NCBI GenBank assembly: GCA_001643675.2
Contig: LSRY02000018.1
Coordinates: 682,001-746,000, forward strand
Direction: 5' to 3'
Source of the DNA: Monocercomonoides exilis PA203
Lineage: Eukaryota > Protista > Preaxostyla
Length of the DNA: 64,000 bases
A program made the position numbers and the translations under genes. The notes under the pieces are model-generated. The model was not told where the DNA came from. It made no database searches and saw nothing but the letters and a program-made list of their open reading frames with translations. Shown here one piece after another: positions 1 to 13,050 of the stretch; the first letter of the stretch is position 1, and each line of letters opens with the position of its first letter.

Positions 1-2483
1 TAAAAGATAACGAATTGACTAAAGGAAAGGAGCGTTTAAATGTGACATTACAAGACGAAAAGCTGTCTTTTTTTGCTTGAAACTTTGAAATTAGATATTG
101 AAATCAAACATGAAAGAGAGTTTTATCCACTCAGGCAACATGACAACTTTTGGAAGCAAAGTCTTTGTATTTTACAAATCAGTTTCACAAAAGCTCAATT
201 TCAATCAATTTGAACTTCTGCGTTTGACTTCGAATCTTTATGGCTGCTTTTGAGAGGAACGGGGTGTTTGGCTGTGGCGATGCACCTTAATGAAGTGGAG
301 GAGACGAGAGAGTGACAGTTTATTTGGTTAAGCTGATTCTGCAGTTCGAATGGCTGTTGTTTATGTGGACAGCAGTGGCTGTATCAACAGAGCTATTTGT
401 GATCTTGAAGAGTGATTAAAAAGAAATCTGAATGAAGCTCTGATGCATCTGGCGTGTGAGGAGGAGTATTGCAGAGAGATGGAGAAGAGAGAAATAGATA
501 GTGGAAATGAAAAAAGCTGCAAAGGAAGAGGAAGAGAAAAAGAAAAAGAAAGGGAAAGGGAAAGGGAAAGGGAATGAGAAGGTTGGAAGGGGAAAGAAGG
601 CGGATAATAATAAATGTGCAAGAGGAGGAAGCAACAGAGCAAGAAGCATAGAAATAAGAATTGATCAAACGGAATCTTTGATCTGAACGATGAATATGAA
701 TATTTCTGATTGTTGCTTTCCATTGCTTCCATTTGAAAAAAGGACGATAACAATAACATCAAATCCAACTCTTCGTCTGTCTTTATCAGCAATATCATCT
801 GCTTGCGCTTTTTCAAAGAATGAAATTATCCAAAAATGTTAACAAAATGAAAATGCAAAAACAGTCGAATTTGGTTTATTCTTTAAAAATACTTTTTCAG
901 CCGTTCGCGATCGAGCCACAAGCACAAAGAAAGATGACAATATTCAATCTCAGGACAAAGTTTGATTTAAATCATTTTTATAAAAATAAACTGTTCTTTT
1001 GTTGATTCGTTTGAGAACTTATGCTGCACAATATAAATGGACTGTTTCAGAATGCAGCAAAGTCTGTCAAAAGCTATTCACAAATGAAGCAACTGAATAA
1101 ATACAAGGAAAAGCAAATGAAATGAAAACCTTACGTTTTCACTATTTATTTCATCTTTATCTTCTTTTCCTCCTTCTTCTTCACCGTTTTCTTCCATTTC
1201 TTCATCTTCTTCCTCAACTTCTCTGCCTTGAATGCTGTTTATCGCTCCAGAAGAGAATTGAGAGAGTAGAGAGTAACGAGAGAGAAATCGAAAGAGAAAG
1301 AGAAAGAGGTTCAACGGGGGAAAAGCAAAAGGAAAAAGATACACAGAAGAAGAAGAAGAAAAATGGAAGTTACTCAGAGGATTGAGAAGAACAACGTTGC
1401 AAGAAGCAGTGGTGAGATTTGTGGAAATGAGATACACGACAGAGCTGTTGGAGTCAGCATCGAACACAAAGATGAGAGAGGCAGTACCAGGGGCGTAGAG
1501 GTTGATATGGGAGAGTATGAAAGATAAAGCAGGAAGAGCACAGAAGCAAGAAGCTGAGATTATAATGATAGTCGATCAAAAAAAAATATGGAATATTTCA
1601 CATCAAAAAAACATTTAAAAATGTGAAAGAAGGAAGAGCAGGTCGATTTAAACAATGAATGAAAGGAGATTGCAGTTTATGAGGATGCAGTTGTTAAGAG
1701 GAACATACACTTCTTCCGCCTCAGCCATTGCATATACAAGGGGTGTTTGGGAGGTCAACATTGAAAAGGAGCAGCTTGACAAAAGCAGATAAGCTGAAAG
1801 AGAAGCGATAAAAGAGGGACTTTGTTCACAAAGAAGGTTTTACAAAAAAGGCAGAAGAGATGAGAATGGTTATGTGGCAGAAGCTTTTTGAGTTAAAAAA
1901 AAGTGAAAATTCCCCAATTTCCTTATATTTATTTATTATTTCATTGCAATTTATTTTAAAATTGTTTGATCAATTTATTTTAATTACTTCTTCAAAGTGT
2001 TATTTGCTTTTGCAGAAAAATAAACAGCAAATATTTGTATATCTGATAAATATCTTGTTTTACTATTATCTTTTTAGATGTTAATTTTTAAAAATTGTTC
2101 ATTTTTTACAAATGTTTTAAGATCTTCAAAATTAATTAAATAATTCTTTTCAATAACATCATAAAACTAATTTTCATATTTAAAAATTGTTGATTTCATA
2201 TTGTTATTATTGTTTTCATGTTTAAGATACCAGTGAACATTTGTTTTGTGCTTTTTGCTTCGGTTTTGAAATTTTTTGAGTAATAGATTAATTCTTTTTT
2301 CAAAATTTGTGATGAAAACAATTGGAAACAAATTAAAATCAACAAATAAATAATTATAATAATAATTTTAGTTATATATTCGTGAGATCATCACTTTCAT
2401 TTTTCTGGTCAACCCCACCCTTAATGGAAATTTTTCTTATCAAAATTCGTAATTTTTTTTGATGTCAAAAAAAATCACCCATA

Positions 2484-3928
2484 TTGGAATCGAAGCTGAC
2501 GGACAGCCAGAGCATCATTGATGTAATAAAAGCAGAAATATTGTTATTCCCTCTAAAACAGTTGCATTTGTTTTTTGAAGATGAAAACAGCAAGCTGGGA
2601 AATGCTTTTCCAAAAATACTTGATGCAATGTCATTTTACAAAAACTTTCTTGAATTAAACACATTTCGTTCCGATCATTGGCATAATGCAATTGTTAACA
2701 TTTGGATATATTTGTTCAACTACGCTTTGGAAGGCGAAAGAGGGGATCTTATTGCTCTCGCTTATGCATTAAAACCAGAAGGAAAAAAAAAAAACTTATC
2801 AGCGATGACTTTTGTTGTATGTTTTTTAATTCAGAAGACAAGAAAAAAGACAGTTTGCACAAATGTTCAGACATTCTTGTTATTGTTTATTTCTTTTTTC
2901 CCCATTTTTGAACTCAATAAACAACATTTCAACTGTTATCAAGGCCGAGTATCATCATCGTCTGTTGACTCATCATCATCGAACAAAGAAACATATGAAG
3001 GCAGGAGCTTTTCAGAAGAAAAAGAATCAACCGCTTTTCACTTATTTGTGAGCAGATTTCTAAAAGCTGAATCAATGATTTTGAGCAAAGAATCATCAAC
3101 TGAGCATGTTTATCCGAGTTCAAACAAACAACAAATTGAGGAAGAACAAAATTCCGTGACATCATCATCGAAGCATATCCAAATAGAAATAGAAGATTTA
3201 TTATCAATTGTTTCACAATTTGAAAAAAAAGAGGTTCCTTTTTCACATTTACAAGAAGAAGGTATTTTCACAGATAAGGAAAATGCAGCAGATTATTTTG
3301 GACTCATCGAGGCAGAGGAGCAATCAGAAAATGACGAATATGATGAAATATTAAATGATGAAGCTTCAATCCTTGTTGAAACAAGATCTTCTCTCATATC
3401 TTCTCAAGAAACACTCAGTAAAGAATCAGATAATCATGCAATAGGCGACTTCAACAAAGATGTTTTTCTAATGAATACGAAGATGATGTGATTATTACAG
3501 GTTCAAACAAAAAAATTCAAGTCATTCACGAAATTTCAAAGGAGAAGGAGGATCAAGCTGTCGATTCATTAAAGATTTCAACTGAATCAAATTGGTATTT
3601 CAGAATATTTATATCATTAAATACATTTATAAATAATTCATTGGGGCAGTTAACTGAGGAAACGAGAGAAAAATTCGCATCGTTATTTAAAATTCACATT
3701 CTTACAGCAACTTCAATTGGTATTCTTGAGAGTTTACCGGTGTATTACAGTCATATTGCATTGCTTGGCGAAGCGGAAACAGTTTACACCAACATTTGTT
3801 TTTGCATTGCAACATCTCCTTGCAGCGAATCCGCCTGTGAATGACTTTTTTCTAGATTAAAGCGAATTGTCGGTGATCAGAGACATTCGCTTTCCTTTGA
3901 TTAACTTTATTCGTTGCTTCTTTTGTGA
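2484..3928 (+). pseudogene. hAT-family transposase remnant
   Basis: Frameshifted ORFs 2484..3491 and 3488..3844. The frame continues IATSPCSESACE*LFSRLKRIVGDQRHSLS, matching the hAT C-terminal dimerisation signature (S.A.CER.FS...R..L). TIRs not found. Confidence 0.75.
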
Positions 3929-5019
3929 ATAACTTTTTCAACTCATTCTTTTTGAAATCAAATAATCATCGTTTGTAATTTTTCACATCATTCAAATGAT
4001 TGAGTTATTTCATACATCATTTCATGATAATCAAAAATAGAGTTCCTAAAATAACAACTATTATTTTTGCAAAACAAGAACATCTTATTTGACATGAGAA
4101 TAATTCAGCAGTGTGTGATTATGTGATAAAAAACAATGAGAAGAATAAATAATCGGTCTTATCAAATGCTCTTGATTCATGTTTGTTACAGGCTGATTAT
4201 TAAACATCATTTAATTACGAATGCTGTTCTAAAGCTGGATAATAAAACTATTGCGCAAAGAAAGATATTAAATGAAGAATTGATGAGAAATACAACAACA
4301 TGTGAACAAATGGAGATTGTGGCAAAAGTGCTTTAGGTTGCAACGTTGAGGATAATGGATGCAACTCTGTTTCCTGCAGCAATTGCACTGACGGTGTTGG
4401 AGGAGCGAGAAGAGGCAGAGGAATGAGAAAGGTGAATGATAAAAAAGGTGTCTTTCTGACAGAAATAAGGTAGTTTACGGAAAGAATCAAACTGAATCTG
4501 GCGGAACTACAAAAAGCAAAGCTCCGCTGGTTGTTGAGGTGCATGACTGGCTGGGCCGAGGTTTGTAAAGGAGGAAGCAGATATAACAAAAACATCGGGC
4601 TTGCAGCAAACCGCAGAAATTGAATTGTGATGTGCTTCGTCGGTTAACGGAATTCAACAAAAGATTTCAAGTGCATAAGACAGTTAGAGAGAAGAGGCAG
4701 ACAAGTATGTAAGAACAACTGTTGATGAAATCGCAGAAAGTCCTCGAAATGTGTGAAAATTTTAAAGATGGTGATGAATGTTTGATGATCTGAGAGGATC
4801 AAGTGAGAGAGGACAGAGATAATGAGAGGGCCTTTGAAATGAAAAAAAGGAAAGAGATATGGGAAGTGCCTGGAGATTGTTGTGAAGAAGAAAAAGAGAA
4901 GATGAGAGGAACATATACGGAGGACCGGTGCATTTAGTGAAAGAACTGTGCTGAAGTTAACAAAGAGCAAACTTTCACTTTGAGGAAAGATACAAAAAGA
5001 AGGATGGCTTTGAGGATTA

Positions 5020-5065
5020 AAAAGAAGAAAAAGAAGAAAGAGAAGAAGAAGAGGAGGAGGAGGAG

Positions 5066-5097
<32 letters not shown>

Positions 5098-5190
5098 GGA
5101 GGAAGAAAAGGAAGAAGAGGAAGAAAAGAAAGAAGAGGAAGAAGAGGAGGAGGAAGAGGAAGAGGAGTATGAAGAGGCAGAAGAAGAAAA
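5020..5190 (+). repeat. Polypurine (GAA/GAG)n low-complexity tract
   Basis: Seen directly. Confidence 0.9.
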
Positions 5191-5588
5191 GACTTGGTCA
5201 GAGAGCAACTGGTCGGAAATAGCGAGGAAGATGAGGGAAAATCTCTTGATTGTTCATTCTTTGTGGAAAAGATGAAAGAGAAAGATCTTGGTTCGTTCAA
5301 CTCATTTTGGAGTGAAGTACAGATGAGGGCATGCCAAGGAAAAGGTTTGAAGAGGAAGGAGAAGTCAAGTGTGAATGGAGGGCTTGACAGAAGAGTTAAA
5401 AAATGGACAGGAGAGCAAATTGAGAAGAAGAAAAAGTAGAAGTATCAAAAGCAGAAGAGAATGTTTTTTAATTTGTGAATGAAGTAATTGCTCTGGAGAA
5501 ATGATTTTTTTTTCTTTTCAAGCTTCAGATCAACAAGTTCTGCGTGAATGTTATTTAAAAATACGAACAATTCTTCACAACACATAGG

Positions 5589-6790
5589 TCAATAATGGAT
5601 GAATAATTGTTTGTCTTCTTTGATGATGTCATATAATTCATTTTTTGGCAACCGCTGTTGCTTGAGGTACTTCTTCAACTCTGATTGTATCTTATCCGGC
5701 CATTGTTGATAAATTATTACCTTGTCTGAAAACGCCTTCTGTTTTCTTTGAATGGTCCAAAGCTGCCTTTCCTCTTCATTGATGACCTTCAATTTCAAAA
5801 CTTCGTTAACAACATCATTATTCACAAAATTTTTGTTTCTTTTGATGACTTGTCTTCTCTCCTTCCATATTTCATTCGTTGGAAATACTGCCTTTGGACA
5901 TGTTATCGATTCATAGACATTCACGAGGTAGCTCTGTATTAATTCTTCGTTCAAATATGCATGTTAAATGCAAATGGAGTGATGAATTGTTGGAGATGAT
6001 GGCAGTTGAGAAGAGTCCGATGAAGTTACAGTTGATATGGTCGAAGACAAAGAATAAGTCAAGGCATTCGGTGCTGAAAGCATAAACCATTTACTGAAAG
6101 CTGAATTTGCAAGTTTCTTTCAGTCGGTTATCAGAATGTGCAACATGTTATCTTCCGCACAGTCTTCATATTGAATCGAAGACTATCAAAATCTTTTAAT
6201 AGTAATCATTGCATGTGCTGATAACAATCTCGAATATTACAGTCTCAATAAAGGTTATTCGCTTTTTTATTTCAAAGTGATGCAAAGAGTATATCTCTAT
6301 AAGTACCATATTCCCTCGCTGCTGAATAAATCCTGTTTCTGATCGATACAACTTTTTTTGACTCTTTATTTGAACATATTCTTTCGGAAATTCTTCCTTT
6401 TGCTCTGGATAATGAAAGTTCAATAGAGGTTCAATTGGCCGAGACTTCAACAATAAAAAAATATGTGAAAGATGTTGAAGAATCACTCTCTATTCATTCG
6501 TGTTTTTTATTCTTCATTTTAATTCTTTGTTGTGCCCATCTTCTTGACATAATCCTTTATCAGAAACGGATGTTTCAGCATTTCTGATGTTTTCTACGTT
6601 TGCTGATTGTTGTTGAGCGTCAACAATTGCTGTTGATCGTTTTCTTGATAGCTCCCTTAACCTTCGTTTTCCCTCATCTTGTTTTAACACCATCACTGCC
6701 ATTTTTCTTTGAAAATTCTTTTGTTCAAAGAATCCCTATGAATTGCATGATCTCTTCAACCTCAAATTGAAACATCTTGAGTTTCTCCCA
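5589..6790 (-). pseudogene. Fragmented unknown coding region
   Basis: Three colinear minus-strand ORFs (6514..6702, 6196..6486, 5589..5954) with protein-like composition and no recognised motif. Confidence 0.35.
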
Positions 6791-8254
6791 GAACTTCTTC
6801 AAAAGTATCAATCAGATGTTTTTGATCAACAATTTCATGAATGATAAAACTTAATAAATTCTATATTCCAAGACTAACAACGTTACGTCCAACCAAAAGT
6901 GATAAATGAAAAAATAAAGTGGTTAAAATAATAAACAAAAACTTTCTCAAACTCTTTTTCTCTATGAATTCATTTAAACTTTGAAACATTTGATTTTTCT
7001 TTTCAAAGACTAATTTGTGCATAAGCAAATGAATTAAATAAAAATGTTATAATCACATTAATGAAAGAAACTTTAAATAAACCAAACAAACGATTCACAT
7101 TTGTTTCACTGCTTGTTTATATAAGTTTGTAGAACGATAAAGAAACCCAGTTTTGAAAATAAAAATTCTGTTCACGGCATGTTAAAAAAAAACATCGAAA
7201 ATTTATTGAACAAAAAGTGTGGACACCAATGATGAATGCAACTAATTCAGCAAATGCAAACAATTAGAAAATAAAAATGATGCTTAAGAAGTTTATTGCA
7301 AACATGAAAGTTCAATTCTACCACTTGAATCAAAGAAAATGCTGTTTCTTTACTATTTTCAAAAACTGACAAAATATTTTCATAAACAAGATAGTGACAA
7401 TCCTATATAAAAATGCGTTTGCAGCTCGCAGACGTTTTCGCGTGATTTTGTGCAACAAGAGATAAGAAGGAACAGAATGAAATTGCAGATAAAATATTAT
7501 TATGGTATATTTATATATACAGTCTGTCCCAAAAAAATGTTGATCTGTTCGTTTTTAATGTCGATCATACCTCAAGTTGAAATATTTATTGGATACCATT
7601 ATTGATTGGGGTATTATTTGTTATTTTTTTGTTTTCGCTTCTTTTTTCATATATATGCCTTTTTATTTAACAAACAACAAAAATGAGTAAGAGCGTATGG
7701 ATTGAATACACTTTTAATCTTATTATTCATTTTATTTTTGTTCTTGTCACTGTCTAAATATATTTACACAACATTTTTTCTTCTTGTTCAGCGAATTGCA
7801 AATAACAAGGACAAAAGCGAGGAGTTACGCAGAATTTCATTTTAATGAATTTTCGAACCTTAAATAATCAAATAAATGAACGTTTATAGAAAAAATATCA
7901 AAAGAAATTATGTTTGATGAGGTTTGTTGTTTTAAAATGTCAATAACACGCAATTAACGAATACTCCTTTATGTTTTATCAGTCAGAGAATAATGAATGA
8001 CTGTCATTGGGATATTTTGAACTTTTCATTTTTTTAATAGTTTTTAAAATGCTATCAGATCTTATTTTAGTTTTTCATTGGTTTTTATCATTTTAATGCT
8101 TATCACCAACAAATCTGTAACATTTTATATATTTTCTTTATCAATCATATAAACATTCAAAACATTTTCATTAATCATTCATCCTTCTGATTATATTTGA
8201 TTCAGAAAAATTCGAAAAAAAAAACATGTTGAAATGGATAAGATTTCTATTATT

Positions 8255-8496
8255 TGTCTTAATTTTTTTGAAAAGTTCCTTTTGTTAAATCTTCAGATAT
8301 AGTTATAATTGCATATTTCTATCAAATTTCTGTTTCCAATCACGAAAATTCACTAAAATGGAAATAATAATATTGTTTAGGTTCTATTTCCATTTCAGTG
8401 AAGTTTTGTCAGTGGGAACTGAAATATGATTAAAATATGAAAATTTCATTTTATTTGAAAATTAAACAAAAGGAACTTTTCAGAAAAATTTAGACA
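8255..8496. mobile_element. Diverged 242-bp hairpin MITE nested in the Tc1/IS630 element
   Basis: Ends TGTCTTAATTTTTTTGAAAAGTTCCTTTTGTT...AACAAAAGGAACTTTTCAGAAAAATTTAGACA. Same length as the other copies. TA flanks not preserved. Confidence 0.8.
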
Positions 8497-8547
8497 TTTA
8501 TTTTCGAAAAAAAAGTCAATAACAATTAAACGAAATGAAAAAAACAT

Positions 8548-9810
8548 TCACAAGTTTTTTCTTTCTAAAACTTGAGGCCAGATAACATTTTCGACATGAG
8601 AAATTGTTCTTCTGACCTCTCTTGCAGAAATCTCTTTGAAAGTTTGAAGAAGAGTGAAAATAAAGTGGTTTTCACATTCCCAACAAAGAGATTGTTCCTC
8701 CACTCTCTTTTTCCAAAAATTGAAAACATTCTCAATCGGATTCAGAATTGGGGAATAGGCTGCATTGAATAAAATTTTATGTCCAGCCTCCTTCACATCT
8801 TCATCTGTGTGGATGTGATGAATTGTTGCGTTATCTAATACAATAACAGAAGAATCATTTTCTTTGATTGATAGAAGAAATTTTTTAATGTAGGCCTCAA
8901 ATAACTCATGGTTCACTGCTCCTCTCACAATTTCTGTGTAGCCCATTCCTTTTGTTGATATTGACGTGATAGCTGTCAAAAATTGATGAATAGGAGGTGG
9001 CGGAATCAACACCTTTTCACCCCTTTGTGACCATCCATATTTCCTGATGCAACTGACGTTCCATGACGTCTCATCGATGTAGAAAATTAGCGCGTCATCT
9101 TTCTCATATCGTAATTATTGTTCAATGAAATGAATTCTTTGTTTCTTATTTTCATCGGTGTTTGCGAATGCTGGCCTGACAGTTATTCTCTTGAAAAAAA
9201 ATATCAGGAATAAATCTGTATCATTGTTTTTTACATGAAGCATATTGTGCACAGTAGATTTAGAGATATGCAATCCAGTTGAAGAAAGCTCGTGTGATAT
9301 TGTTCGAAGTGTTGTTAATGGATTTTGCTTCATTTTTCGTCTTATGAGATTCTTATATCGATCATTGTACACTATTTTTTTTCTTCCTTTTTGTTTTTTA
9401 TTGTGAATAATGTCTATACCAATCTGCAGTTTTTGTAAATATCTGCTGGTGGTGATGTTTGTAAGGGTACATTCATTCGCATACCAGCTTTCGGACTTGC
9501 TTCTTCCATACGTTCTGAATAAATCTGTAAGTTTTTTTCTTTTTTCGACAGTTGCTGGAGTGAATGGCCTTTTGCATTTTCCTTCAACCTCAGTATCCTT
9601 CTGCCTGAATTGTTCAATTTTTTTTTCTCTGTCTTCCTTCTCTTTCAAAGCTGCTCTCATTCTAATATTTTCGTGCATCATTTCTTCCAAAGGATGTGAA
9701 AAATGCGATGCGATGTATTCAACTCTGTATTCTGATATATTTGGAACTTGGCTGCTCAATAACGTCCTTTTGTTTGGTGTTCTCGCATCCAGAAAGGAAA
9801 TAGTTTGCAT
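8548..9810 (-). pseudogene. IS630/Tc1 DDE transposase with one in-frame TAA (9115-9117)
   Basis: ORFs 9115..9810 and 8548..9012 are in the same frame. The gap reads *LRYEKDDALIFYIDETSWNVSCIRKYGWSQRGEKV. Motifs: GRK/HTH, FYIDET, VIVLDNATIH, YSPILNPIE (33 residues between second D and E). Confidence 0.9.
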
Positions 9811-10171
9811 TGAATTTTTCTCGTAATTTCAGCTAGAGATTGGGGAATATCTCTTTTTTTAATTTTGAGGGATGATCTACATTTTTTTTGGACAGATCAA
9901 CATTTTTTTTGGACAGACTGTAATATTTTTTTGTTATCAAACTTTGACGAGTTATCAATAACTCTCAGAAACCTTATGATCACGTTTTTTTTATTTATTT
10001 TATTTTATTTATTTATTTTTTTGTTGTTGCTTCACTTCATTTTGATGAATCGGGATTACAAATCACTTTTAAAACAAACATATGAAAATTGACCTTTGTA
10101 TCGTTCTGTAAAATGAATATAAAAAGAAAAACAAAAATAATGAGTCATGAAATTTGAAGAATTTCATTTCC

Positions 10172-11558
10172 TCAAACATTCACAAGATAATCAGAAATAT
10201 TCAAAGATAACGAATGATCATAATTTCCTTTAAAAAATTCTAAAGCCTCATGAAAGCTTGTGATGATATTCTCGCATCCTTCTTCTTCTATCTTTTCAAA
10301 CATCTTCCTTTTGGTTACCTTTCTGTTCACTTCTTCTATTTCATTATCCGTTTTAACTTTCAATCGATTAAAAACATTCGCAAGGAATTTCAAGCTTTCA
10401 AATGTCATATCTTTATTCAACGTTGGTCGCTGCATCCCCTCCAAAACAGCATCAATAGCTCCGCATTTCAACAACTTTTCAACTTTCACAACTCTATTTT
10501 TTGCTTCATTTCTCAAGGAAGAAATGCATTGATCGCTAATATCTCTGTGATTATCCTTCACTGCTCGTAACATTTTAACAATACTTTTGATCAGCCCTTC
10601 ATTTTCTTCATTCTCTAATTTGCATATGCAAAAATAAACCACGAATGTTTGCAGACATCTCAATAAAATTAGCTCTTCTTTCGCTTCCTTTCCTCCTTCC
10701 TCTCCTTCTTTCTTCTTCCAATTCACATTTCTTGTCAGCTCTTCCAGTTCTCTGGTCGCTTCTCTCGCAAAATGCAGTTCATTCAAAATTATCTCTTCCA
10801 ATCTATTGTCAACCAAAAGTCTGTCGATCAAAAAACCCCAAGCTGATTGATAGGCAAGTCGTGTCAGATTTCTGTGTTCTTGATGATATTTGATGATTTC
10901 TTTTATTTCATCCAAATACAATTTTTGTTCGATAAACTAATTATTAAAAAAAAATTCAATTTATCAATCAATAAATAAATCATGCCTTATTGTACCCAAT
11001 ATTGTTCAGTGCCATCAAAGCAATTTCCACTTCTTTTTGCGTTTCCTCATTTTCCTCTTTGTTCAATGCAACTTTCAGAAGACAAGGCAAGCTAATTGAA
11101 ATCAATTCTTTTGAAATGCCTTCAAAGAGCATAAGATAGCATTCACAAAGATCAACAAGCAGGTTTTCGTTTTTAATTTCTTTTTTCTTATCTTCTTCAA
11201 TAATCATCTTCTCAAATCTCATGGACAGTGAAGAACAATAAAAGCCATAATTAACAAAGGCATTAATCATGCGACAATAGCCAACATTCTTCAATATCAA
11301 AATTGTATTTTCCATTGAAAGTTTCTTTTCATCAATCATTTTGTCCATTTTATTAAATATATGCTCTCCAAAAGTCGATGCAAATTCATTTTTATCCATT
11401 TCACCCACCACTTTATTCATTTCTGCGATTTTTTGTTTTAGTTCATTGTCATTGCAATGTTCCAGCTCAGAGAACAATTCTACAATAAAAAACAAAGAAA
11501 AAAAGAAATCCAATCATCAAGAATTCAAAAGAAACAACATTTGCACACCAGTGAACAT
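10172..11558 (-). CDS. Uncharacterised alpha-helical multigene family member (family A), 3 exons
   Basis: Intron 11548-11480 (GT-AG) and a second intron ~10985-10938. Family motifs LKVALNKEENEETQKEVEIAL, HRNLTRLAYQSAW, NELHFARE and FEKIEEEG are shared with paralogues in the window. Start codon uncertain. Confidence 0.75.
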
Positions 11559-13050
11559 TTTAGTGTTATTCGTCTCCTGCTTTTTTGAAAATATATTGAA
11601 GATATAAAACAACAAATTTTTAACATTTACAATTATTGAGCACACGTTTGGATAGAAGAAATAGACGAAAAATTAAAACTCAAAAACAGTCGTATAAAAA
11701 TATCTGCTTTCACACCATCGTTTTTTGCATTTTTATTGGCAAGTATTTATTGAAAATGCAAAGTTAAATCTTTTTCTGTTTGTTGTTATGGATGCAATGA
11801 TCGAATAATTTTCTTTTAACTGGAATACCATATTGCAAAATGATAGGGAGGTAAGTGAACATTATCCGTAGAATTAGAAATATTATTTCCTGTGGAGACA
11901 ACAAGAAGTGGTGGAGATGCGATAATTCTGAAATTCTGCCTGATGATTTTTGTTAATTGGATGACCAAGGGGAATACAACAATATCATCAATAAAACAAA
12001 AGACGGAATGTATGCATTTTTTATTGTTCTATTGATTGTGAAGATATTTCCGTCTGTATCCTTTCCAAAGCCCAGGAATCAGACTTATTGTTGAAAAGGC
12101 CAATCTCCGCTTTGTGGAGCAATACGATGAGAACGGAGCAGATTATTATATAACATTGGGAAATAAATGAAGTTACGCAAGATACATGATTTTTATTTGG
12201 AACAAGAGGTGAAAACAAATTCAATTGTTATTTTATTGAATGAAGATAATAAGAAGGAATTCTGTGAAGGCCAAAATCTGCACAAAATTATATAGCATTT
12301 TGGAATGTTAGGCAGGGGGAGCAGTTTGGGGTATTTTTTGGACAAGGAAAGTGGCTGGCAATATCGAGGGAAGGATATTTATCACAAAAAAGGCAAAAAT
12401 TCAATGGAAAAAAGAACCCCAAAATATCTATTTTATTTATAAGGTTTTCCTGTTTCTCGGACTGCTCTGGGAAGATATGGAAAGCGACGAATTTCTATTT
12501 CTGATTCCGTTTTTGCCTTTTAACAAATGAGAAACGCAATCGATGAGATATCCAATTGTCGAATATTTGCTGGCAGTCGAACAATATTCAGTCCAATCGC
12601 CTTTGGATTTCATTCTTCGAAGAGACAGCCATTTTGAGTGAGCAAGGTGATTATTGTTCGAGGTTAATTTTCTTTATCACCACGGCAGATGAAAGAGAAT
12701 TTGATGGTTTTTGTTTTCATCGTTTGTTTTTCAACAAAGCCGTTGTTTCGCTCAGTTTCTATGTTTGTTCATGGTCCTTTGAATTTTGTGCCTTGAGCAT
12801 CAGAGAATGCATTTCAGATGCATTGTCATCTGCATCATGAACATTGATGAATGAATGCCAACCTTTCCATCTGTCTTCTTCGCTGTTGAAGCACAGCCAA
12901 CTCATTCTCTTCGTTTTCATCAGGATTTATCTTCCTCATCCGCAATCTCGTTGGCATTTGATGCCTTCCAATCACGCAGGCCGAAGAGCAATGTCCTTCA
13001 AACACAGAAATGTTAACATTCCAATCTTCCTTGTTATCTCCATTTCGTTT
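10172..13050 (+). repeat. Older direct segmental duplication with ~18540-21510
   Basis: Family A gene plus ~1.5 kb of upstream sequence is colinear with 18540-21510 (e.g. CCGTAGAATTAGAAATAT vs CTGTAGAATTAGAAATAT; GAAATAAATGAAGTTACGCAAGAT shared). Confidence 0.85.

Larger units (their letters stand above)
7520..9920 (-). mobile_element. Full-length Tc1/IS630-superfamily DNA transposon (~2.4 kb)
   Basis: Imperfect ~59-bp TIRs beginning CAGTCTGTCC, TA on both flanks (7518-19, 9921-22), internal DDE transposase. Confidence 0.92.

Noticed and set aside
361-1900. Minus-strand ORFs that may be a decayed gene
   Set aside because: Low complexity, no consistent exon structure and no recognisable motif.
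4644-5439. Poly-K/R, poly-S and poly-L/P ORFs
   Set aside because: They arise from a GAA/GAG tract that lacks stops in several frames. No domain signal.
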